Both the position numbers and the translations under genes were made by a program. A DNA stretch of 64,000 bases, from positions 372,001 through 436,000 of the forward strand of contig JANHCV010000005.1 of the NCBI GenBank assembly GCA_025594325.1, read 5' to 3'. This document shows positions 1-7,511 of the stretch, piece after piece; the first letter of the stretch is position 1; every line of letters begins with the position of its first letter. The notes beneath the pieces were generated by a model. That model was not told the DNA's origin. It did not search any database and saw only the letters and a list, made by a program, of their open reading frames with translations. The stretch comes from Blastocladiella emersonii ATCC 22665. Lineage: Eukaryota; Fungi; Blastocladiomycota.

Positions 1-582
1 CCGGTCGCGGACCTGCGTGCGGAACGCGTCCGTGTAGAAGGTGTTGTTGTCGATGTCGTCGCGGATCGCCACCGCCGGCGCGGGTGCGGCCGCGGCCAGC
101 GAGGAAGACGACGACGCTGCTGACGCCAACTCGCCAGCCGCGCGCTGCTTCTCGAGGACCTGGTACACGAGCGCGGTCGCGATCTTGCCGACCACGGCCG
201 CGAGCGCGTCGGCCGTCGCGACGCCGCGCGCCGCGATCGCCACAGCCAAATCAGTCTCGAGCTTGGCGTAACCCGCGCGCGAGAACAGGTACGTGTCGAG
301 GAGGAACACGGCGCCATCGTCGTCTTCGTCAAGCAGCGTCTCGACCACGGCGTCGCAGTCCTGCTGCGACAGCTGCAGCGTCGGCGCGAGCAGGTGGAAC
401 GGCAGGTAGCCCTTGAGCTCGACCTCGGAACGGAGTTTGGAGACGAGGTGCGCGTGCGTCGCCAGGTGCCCGTCCAGCGTGTGGAACGACGGCGGCAGCT
501 CGGCCTGCGCTAGCAGTAGGTCCAGCAGCGCGGTGAACTGGCCCGGCGCGAGCGGCGGCGTGGGGGTCGTGGTTGATGACAT
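1..582 (-). CDS. UFL1: Probable E3 UFM1-protein ligase 1 (UFL1)-like protein, 5' part only (continues past the window start)
   Basis: Manual translation from ATG at 582 (minus) is open for 194 codons to the window edge: MSSTTTPTPPLAPGQFTALLDLLLAQAELPPSFHTLDGHLATHAHLVSKLRSEVELKGYLPFHLLAPTLQLSQQDCDAVVETLL... The 'HTLDG...l..el...G.v....La..l.l' pattern resembles the UFL1 N-terminal domain, and codon bias is host-like. Family call is from memory of the motif. Confidence 0.55.
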   Translation of the reverse strand, partial: MSSTTTPTPPLAPGQFTALLDLLLAQAELPPSFHTLDGHLATHAHLVSKLRSEVELKGYLPFHLLAPTLQLSQQDCDAVVETLLDEDDDGAVFLLDTYLFSRAGYAKLETDLAVAIAARGVATADALAAVVGKIATALVYQVLEKQRAAGELASAASSSSSLAAAAPAPAVAIRDDIDNNTFYTDAFRTQVRDR

Positions 583-1032
583 GGTTGCTCGATGCGTTGC
601 GATGAGTATAGATGCGTGGCGGAGCGACAAGGGGGGCGGAGCAGGGAGCGAAGCGGGGAGATCGGCAGCCGAGCGAGGGAGGGCGCACGCCACCCTGCAC
701 GCCACCCGCACGTGGCGCTGAGCGACACGCCCGGCGCGCGCATGTCTCGCACCGCGCCGGAGACGCCCCCCTGCCGCCTGCGCGTGACGCACGGTGCGTT
801 GGCGCGGCCGCCGTGATGGGTGGGAACGCGGCCCTCGTGCCCCGCGCGCCGCACTGGCTGGCGTGGGACCGCCGCGATGGGAGACGCAGGTCCCTCCCTC
901 GTGGCCGCGCGCGCAACCACACGTTGGCGCCGCGGCGACTCGCCCGCGCGCAACCTTTGCTGGCCATCCCGCCACCGTGCACGCAAGGCAGCAAGCTCGG
1001 TGTCTGCGCAGGACGGCGAGCGGGCCCGGCCC

Positions 1033-1040
1033 TATAAAAA
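1033..1040 (+). promoter_or_regulatory. TATA-like box (TATAAAAA) upstream of the secreted-protein gene
   Basis: Isolated TATAAAAA in GC-rich DNA about 150 nt upstream of the ATG at 1184, followed by a pyrimidine-rich leader. Confidence 0.4.
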
Positions 1041-1183
1041 CCCGCCGCGCCGCCCCCGCACCCTCGCTCTCTCGCCTGCTCCTCACCCTCTGCATCTCGT
1101 TGGACGACAAGCCGGCCTTGCTCTCCTCCTCTAGCACCCATCCTTGCGACCTCCTCCAAACACCCACATTGCTCCCCTTCACC

Positions 1184-2067
1184 ATGTCGCCCTCGACCGC
1201 CTCCCTCGCCACCCTCGTCGTCGCGACGCTCGCCATCATCTCGGCCATCACGCCCGCGGCCTCGGCCCACTTCACGCTCACGGGCTCGCGCGAGCAGTCC
1301 ATGTGGCAGTCGAACCTCAAGTACTACCCGATCGCTGGTACGCGCGCTCTCTTTCTCGCGTGTGTGTGCGGGCGCGCGCGCTCGCGCGGGCCGCCGCTGT
1401 GATCGCGACTCTGATCTCACACCCACGACGCGCCCCCGCTCCCCTCCCGATCCCCGCAGGCAGCCCGAACGCGCGGCCCATCACCGACTGCCTGCAGGTG
1501 CCGTCCAAGACGCCGATCCCCGTGACGCCCGGGTCGACGCGCACCGAGGCGTACGACGTCGGCAACCACGCGACGCACGTGGGCGTGTGCAAGGGCGCCA
1601 TCATCGACGCCAAGACGGGCTCGACGGTCGCGACGCTGCCCGACGTGCTCAACTGCGTCGCCAACTCGCAGGCCTACTCGTGGACCGTGCCCAACATCAA
1701 CTGCCCCGCCTGCGTCCTCAAGGTGTCGGTGACGGCCGTCCACCTCGGCCCCGACCACGCCGAGAACTACGACTCGTGCCTCGACATCAGCATCGCCGGC
1801 GGCTCGGGCTCGGGCTCGGGCGGCAGCAACTCGGGCTACCCGAACGGCGGCAAGGGCAGCCGCCGCGTCACGGACCAGCTGCCCTCGGTCCAGGTCCCCG
1901 CCAACATCCCGACGGCCGCGCCCGCGATCCCCGCCGTCCCCGTCCCCGCGGCGCCCGCTGTCCCCGTCGTCCCGGTCCCCGTCAAGGCGCCCGAGCAGCG
2001 CAAGGTCGTGTTCCCGCGCCGCCCCTCAGCGGCCGCCGCTGCTGCTGTCGTCACGGCCGAGCACTAA
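1184..2067 (+). CDS. Secreted protein with N-terminal His after the signal peptide; LPMO/copper-binding (His-brace)-like, 253 aa, 2 exons
   Basis: Exons 1184-1337 and 1460-2067; intron 1338-1459 is GTACGC..CCGCAG and the spliced length of 762 nt is in frame. A 28-aa hydrophobic signal ends in A-S-A, then mature H-F-T-L. Second His in 'NHATHVGVC', C-terminal 'ENYDSCLDISI', several Cys, a GS linker and a P/A/V-rich tail. Confidence 0.7.
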
Positions 2068-2185
2068 GTGCCCGACCACCGGTGGCCGCGGCGGGCCCGC
2101 GGTCGCGAGTCGAGTCCAAGTCGGCGACGTTCTCGTTTGTGTTTTGTCGCACCATCTTCACCCATTTTGCACATCATCTCCATCC

Positions 2186-2208
2186 CATTCATTCATTCAT
2201 TCATTCAT
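2186..2208. repeat. (CATT)n microsatellite in the 3' region between convergent genes
   Basis: cattcattcattcattcattcat read directly. Confidence 0.85.
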
Positions 2209-2466
2209 CTGGTCCGGCGCGCTGGACGCGTCGGTGTAACCCATCATACATGCACACCCACGGTTTCGATCAACATGATTTGCGCGAGGAAGGGGAGCGG
2301 TCGCGAGCGAGTGTTGGCGGTGGTCGCTGAGCTCGCTCACTTGAGCGACGTTTGCGCGAGCGCGTCGGTTGCTCGAGAGCTCACTCGCGTCGCGAACGAA
2401 GAGGGTCAAGGTGAGGTAGGAAAACAATGAGATTCACAAAAAGGAGAAGACTCTTCAACACACAGC

Positions 2467-4482
2467 TCAGTCGCGCGCGTGGCGGTTGACCTTGTCCCAG
2501 ACGTCGGGCAGCAGGGTGCCGACCTTGTGCTTGGCGCGCATCTCGTCGAAGAGGCGGTGGTCGAACATCTGGCGCAGCTCGGCGCGGCTCATCATCGAGT
2601 CAGCGTACAGCGCCTGGTACCCCTGGACGCTGCGGACAAACTCCTCGAGGCGGGCGAGCGAGCGCTCGTGGTGGAAGTTGGGCGCGGTCGGGATCCCGTA
2701 GGCGCCAATGTCGACGTACAGCTGCTCGGCCGGGTGCGGCGGCGTCATGGACCCGGCGGGCGTCGTCACCGGCTGGGGCTCGTACCGGTGCGGGTGCTCG
2801 GCGAGGATCTTCTTGAGCACGGGCGCCGGGTCCTTGCGCAGCGCCAGCAGGTCCTCGGGCGGGCTGAGCAGGCGCATCGGGCACAGCCACAGCGGATACA
2901 GGTTGAACTCCTCGTCAAACTTCTTGAGCGACGCGTCGAGCGCCGGCATCGGTACCAGCATGTCCTGCGCCACGTGCTTGGTCACAAACTGCTCCTTGAT
3001 CTTGCCCGTCGACGTCAGCTTGAGCATGGCCACCTTGGGCGGGCCCGCCCACGCAAACAGGTACCGGTACCACGGCTCGTTGCCGAACGGCACAATCGAC
3101 GCCTGCTCCCAGAAAATGGACCGCGTGTGCCGGTGGTAGTAGTCGCGCAGCGGAATGTACTCGACGTACGGCGACGCCGCCTGCCCGTCCGCCGTCGTGT
3201 AGTTGAGCGCCGGCTTGGCCAGGTACGACTCGACGTGCTTGTAGAACCACGGCTTGTAGTAGCGGCCGATCGGGTTGTACACGGCGCCGCGCGGCACCGA
3301 CGGCGCCATGACCGCGGCCATGACCACCGACGACGTGGGCGAGTACATGAGCGACTCGACGAAATCGTTGCGGTTGTCGCGCGACTTGAGCTCGAACAGC
3401 GCGTTGGCGTCGGCGCGCGTGTGGCACGGGAAGTACTCCATGCGGATGAAGGGCTGGGCGCGGATGATCTTGATCTCGGCGCCGACCAGGAACCCGATGC
3501 ACCCGTGCGACCACGGCATCGCCGCGAACAGGTCCGGGTGGTTGTCCTTGTCGCACCGGATGTACTCGCCCGACGGCAGCACCACCTCGTACGCCGTGCA
3601 CGTGTGCTGGAACAGGCCGTACTTGTGCGACGACGTCTCGATGCCGAATCCGGAAATGAGGCCGCCGACCGTCAGCTCGTCGAGCTCGGGCAGCACCTGG
3701 ATCGTCCAGCCCTGCTTGATGAGCTCGCGCGAGAGGCGGCCCATGGTGCACCCGGGCTCGACCAGCACCACCTGGCGCGCCTCGTCGATCTCGATCGCGT
3801 CGCGCAGCGCCTGCACGTCGACGCCCGTCCACTTGTCCTTGTACACGGGCGCGCGCACCGACATGGTGAGGAAGCCCGGCCGCGACGTGCACAGGCGCGT
3901 CGCGCCGCGCGCCACCAGGTCCTTGATCTGCTGCTGGATCCCGCGCACGCGGTCCTCGTGGATCGCGCGGCGCACCGCCACGTCGCCGACCGACGGCATC
4001 GCCTGGTCCAGCACCCAGTCGCGCATCGCGTCCACGATGTCCCACCCGAGGCAGATCGGGTTCACAAACAGCGTCACGAACACGCCGCGGTAGTTGGTCA
4101 CGAAGTCGGCCAGCGCATCGAGCGCCGTCGACACGAACGGGCCCGTCACCGGGTTCTTGGCCAGCGGATCGACCGCGCCGACCGCCGCCTTGCCGGCGCG
4201 CAGCGTCAGCGCGAACAGCGGGCCCGCGATCGCGAAGAAGAGCTGGATCGCCCACACGAGCGGGGTGCGGATCGTGAAACCGGGCGCCGGGGCGCGGGGC
4301 GAGCCCGACGAGCGGGGCTTGGACGACGACGACGAAGCGCCGGTCTTGGTGGTGTTGCCGGTGGTAGTGCGGGGAGTCGACGGCTCCGTCGCGATCGCGG
4401 CGGCCTTGACAGCGGTCTTGCCGGGAGGCTGCTGCTGCTGCGCGGGCACAGCCGCGGTGGGCTGGGTAGCGGCGCGAGCCAT
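2467..4482 (-). CDS. DHCR24: Delta(24)-sterol reductase (DHCR24/DWF1 family, FAD-binding oxidoreductase)
   Basis: 671-aa uninterrupted ORF with family motifs: 'VLVEPGCTMGRL', 'VLPELDELTVGGLISGFGIETSSHKYGLF', 'LFAAMPWSHGCIGFL', 'IPLRDYYHRHTRSIFWE', 'QDMLVP', 'LYPLWLCP', 'LYVDIGAYG', 'GYQALYAD', 'LPDVWDKV'. Confidence 0.93.
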   Translation of the reverse strand: MARAATQPTAAVPAQQQQPPGKTAVKAAAIATEPSTPRTTTGNTTKTGASSSSSKPRSSGSPRAPAPGFTIRTPLVWAIQLFFAIAGPLFALTLRAGKAAVGAVDPLAKNPVTGPFVSTALDALADFVTNYRGVFVTLFVNPICLGWDIVDAMRDWVLDQAMPSVGDVAVRRAIHEDRVRGIQQQIKDLVARGATRLCTSRPGFLTMSVRAPVYKDKWTGVDVQALRDAIEIDEARQVVLVEPGCTMGRLSRELIKQGWTIQVLPELDELTVGGLISGFGIETSSHKYGLFQHTCTAYEVVLPSGEYIRCDKDNHPDLFAAMPWSHGCIGFLVGAEIKIIRAQPFIRMEYFPCHTRADANALFELKSRDNRNDFVESLMYSPTSSVVMAAVMAPSVPRGAVYNPIGRYYKPWFYKHVESYLAKPALNYTTADGQAASPYVEYIPLRDYYHRHTRSIFWEQASIVPFGNEPWYRYLFAWAGPPKVAMLKLTSTGKIKEQFVTKHVAQDMLVPMPALDASLKKFDEEFNLYPLWLCPMRLLSPPEDLLALRKDPAPVLKKILAEHPHRYEPQPVTTPAGSMTPPHPAEQLYVDIGAYGIPTAPNFHHERSLARLEEFVRSVQGYQALYADSMMSRAELRQMFDHRLFDEMRAKHKVGTLLPDVWDKVNRHARD

Positions 4483-4878
4483 GGTTGCTGCTGGATGTAG
4501 TCAGGGGGAGCCCCGATCGGACGGTTTCCGTGGAGGTTTTGATACAGAGCGTTCAGGCGGTCCGAGGAGGCAACGGCCGAGCAGGAACGGGAGCGCCGAG
4601 GGGGCGAGGGACCGGCCCGCCTTTTATCGCCCAGCCCCGCCGAACAAGCGCGTGGGCCCGACGGGCGAGGGACGCATCGGGGCGTGATTCAGGCGGATAT
4701 TTTTTCCCACGAGCGCCGACGGCCCGGCTTGCGACGCACCGTGGGAACGTGGAGGGGCCGCGCAAAACGAGGGTTTCTGGCAATTTTTGGCGGAGCTCAT
4801 CCCCACGTGGGGCGGACGAAGCCGCGTTGCATCACCGCGGCTGTGCGGTGCGGACTCTGACGGGTCGCCGCCCTTGTT

Positions 4879-4894
4879 CTCTCTCTCTCTCTCT
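4879..4894. repeat. (CT)8 tract / polypyrimidine tract at the outer boundary of the left arm
   Basis: ctctctctctctctct followed by ccaccgcacag; a CTGAC (branch-point-like) motif lies upstream. It looks like the 3' end of a 5'-UTR intron and coincides with the duplication breakpoint. Confidence 0.6.
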
Positions 4895-4925
4895 CCACCG
4901 CACAGTTAAATAGCAACGTAAACTG

Positions 4926-6497
4926 ATGAACGAGACCAAGCTGCACAAGACGGTGGTGATCGACGTGGTTGCGTTGACGCGGGACCTGGTGACGCCGGAC
5001 GCGACGCCGTTCCTCGCCGAGTACTTCGAGAACACTGCGGTCGACATCTCGCCCACCTTCCCGGCCGTGACGTGCTCGGCGCAGACCACGTACCTGACAG
5101 GCGTCGGCGTCGGCGAGCACGGCGTGACGGGCAACAACCTGTACGACCGTTTGTACGGCGAGCACCGCAACTGGCACCAGTCGGCGGGGCTCGTGCGGTC
5201 GCCGCGCCTGTTCCAGCGCGTCAAGGAGGCCGACCCGCGCGCCACCACGTTTTCGAATTGCTGGTGGTTCCCGATGGGCGACCGGTTCCTCGACTACGCC
5301 ATCACGCCGCGCCCGCAGTACCTGGCCGACGGCGGCAAGGCGGCCGATATCTGGACCAAGCCCGAGTCGCTGCGGCACTCGCTGCAGTCCCCTCCCGCCA
5401 GAGGTGGATTGGGCACGTTCCCGCTGCACAAGTTCTGGGGCCCCGGCGCGTCCATTGCGTCGACGCAGTGGATCGTCGACGCGACCATCCGGGTCGACCG
5501 CCAGTACGACCCGACCTTCTCGGTCGTGTACCTGCCGCACCTCGACTACACGCTGCAAAAGGTCGGTCCGGACCCGCGGCACCCGGCGGTCCTCGCGGAC
5601 CTGCGCGCCGTCGACGCCGAGGTGGCGCGGCTCGTCGCCCACTACGAGACTACGAACCCCGAAACGCGCATCATCATCCTCAGCGAGTACGGGATCCAGC
5701 CCGTGTCGCGGCCCGTGCACATCAACCGCGTGCTGCGCGAGGCCGGTTTCGTCGGAGTGCGCGCTGAGAACGGCGGCGAGACGCTCGACCCGTACGCGTC
5801 GCGCGCGTTTGCGATCCCGGACCACCAGGTCGCGCACGTCTACGTCAACGACCAGTCGGCCGATCCACCGCTCGGTAACGGGAATGTGAGCGCGGGCCAC
5901 GCGGCGGCGGTCGAGGCCGCGCGCGAGGTGCTGCTCGCGGTGCCCGGCGTCGCGCAGGTGCTGCGGCGCGATTTGGGCGAGGTCGACCGGTACTATGACC
6001 CGAGCAGTGGGCGTGTGCGCACGTCCGACCACCATTTTTGCGGGAAAACCGAGTCCCGCACGGGCGACCTCGTGGTGGTCGCCGACCACGACGCGTGGTT
6101 CACGTACTACTACTGGACGTCGCCCGACGCGGCGCCCGACTTCGCGTACACGATCAACATCCACCGCAAGCCCGGGTACGACCCGGTCGAAATGTTCTAC
6201 GCGTTCACGTCGCCGGTCCTCGGGTTCACGTACCTCGTGTTCAAGGCGCTGCTCGTGTACGCGCTGCGCATCCGCACCATTGTCGACGGGACCCGGTTCG
6301 ACGCGCACCGCATTGGCGGGTCGCATGGCGCCACGCGCGGGCTCGACCGCAGGTACTGGCCCGTGCTCGCGACCAAGCGGCGCGGCGATTTTGTGGCGGG
6401 TGCGGCGGGTCGTGGTGGGAGTGGGGTCGGCGAGCAGAGCAGTATCGCGGCCGAGGACGTGTACCACGTCATTTGGGCGCACCTCACGCGGCCGTGA
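4926..6497 (+). CDS. Alkaline phosphatase superfamily nucleotide pyrophosphatase/phosphodiesterase, bacterial EboF-like
   Basis: 523-aa intronless ORF with 'TVVIDVVAL', the nucleophile region 'FPAVTCSAQTTYLTG', 'HGVTGN', 'WHQS', 'YAITPRPQYLADG', 'LGTFPLHKFWGP', 'VYLPHLDY', 'ILSEYG', 'IHRKPGYDPVEMF' and 'GSHG'. This motif string matches bacterial EboF-type enzymes as I recall them. Confidence 0.88.
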   Translation: MNETKLHKTVVIDVVALTRDLVTPDATPFLAEYFENTAVDISPTFPAVTCSAQTTYLTGVGVGEHGVTGNNLYDRLYGEHRNWHQSAGLVRSPRLFQRVKEADPRATTFSNCWWFPMGDRFLDYAITPRPQYLADGGKAADIWTKPESLRHSLQSPPARGGLGTFPLHKFWGPGASIASTQWIVDATIRVDRQYDPTFSVVYLPHLDYTLQKVGPDPRHPAVLADLRAVDAEVARLVAHYETTNPETRIIILSEYGIQPVSRPVHINRVLREAGFVGVRAENGGETLDPYASRAFAIPDHQVAHVYVNDQSADPPLGNGNVSAGHAAAVEAAREVLLAVPGVAQVLRRDLGEVDRYYDPSSGRVRTSDHHFCGKTESRTGDLVVVADHDAWFTYYYWTSPDAAPDFAYTINIHRKPGYDPVEMFYAFTSPVLGFTYLVFKALLVYALRIRTIVDGTRFDAHRIGGSHGATRGLDRRYWPVLATKRRGDFVAGAAGRGGSGVGEQSSIAAEDVYHVIWAHLTRP

Positions 6498-7511
6498 ACA
6501 CGTTGTTGCTCGCGTTAGACTAAAATACATGCCTCTCATATTTCGCAACTGGTATCGTTCGTTTGCTCTCCTGCCTGCCTGGGCCCGTGGAGGCGATGAC
6601 GGCGAGAGCGACGCGTCCCTCAGAAAACGCGTCTCGCTGCTGCCGCCACGCGAGTTTCATTTCACCTGACCGCGTTCTTTCGAACAAGCCGAGCGCGCGA
6701 GGCGCGAGGCGTGATTGCAGCCCGTTTTCGGCAATCTTGGTCACGCACAATTACACTCGCGGTTTTGTCAAAATGACTTGGAGCCAACCTGAACCACATT
6801 GCGCTTGGTTTTCAATCGAGGGGTAGGGGCCCGCGCCACGGAGCGCGCGCGCGTGGGCCGCGAGGGAACGTGCGCCTTTGTCCAATTTGTGGCCAGGCGT
6901 GCGAGTCCTGAGCGCTTTCGAGTACACTGGGCCGAACCAAGGGGCTAGCGTGCGTTCCTCGATCGCCTTGTCCGCGAGCGCAGCAAACATGAGCATGTGC
7001 TGAAAGGGGGGTTTGGCGGCGAACCACGAGCGACCTGGTCCGCGATCCAGGCCGCTCTGCACCCCAAGCCAAGCGCCTTCTTCTTTTTTTAGACCCGTTT
7101 GATGCGTAGGTGTCCAACGTGCGTGAGGCCCGGGCTTGTCATTCCGTGTCTCAGGGTATTGGTGCGGTTCAAGGGTTCAAGACGGCCTTCATGGTCGTAG
7201 ATGGCGCGACTCTGTACTTGCGAGCCAGCCGCGCTCAATTCCACGATCGTTCTGTGTAGTGTGTAGGGATTGGAATCCGCTCTCGCGCGTGAAGCTTGCG
7301 CATGGCGTTGTTGTCAATGCTCAGCGCCGCCGCACGACGCGGCCCATGGCGCATGGGACGCGCAACCACCTGCTGGTCAGCATGCAAGGTTTCTGGTATT
7401 TGCGAATTAATGAGGGGATAAGCTCGTTTAGCGACAAAAGGAGCTTCGTTGGTGGTGCATTTTAGTCTCAGGCTCGCGGCGACAAGAAGAGAAAAATCGA
7501 GGGCTAAAGCC

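Noticed and set aside
2479-4500. 673-aa plus-strand ORF opposite DHCR24, and similar long antisense or alternate-frame ORFs (4797-6548, 16255-18129, 34453-36327, 46034-47920, 47334-48941, 58966-60240)
   Set aside because: These are shadows of GC3-biased genes on the other strand; the translations have no recognisable motifs.
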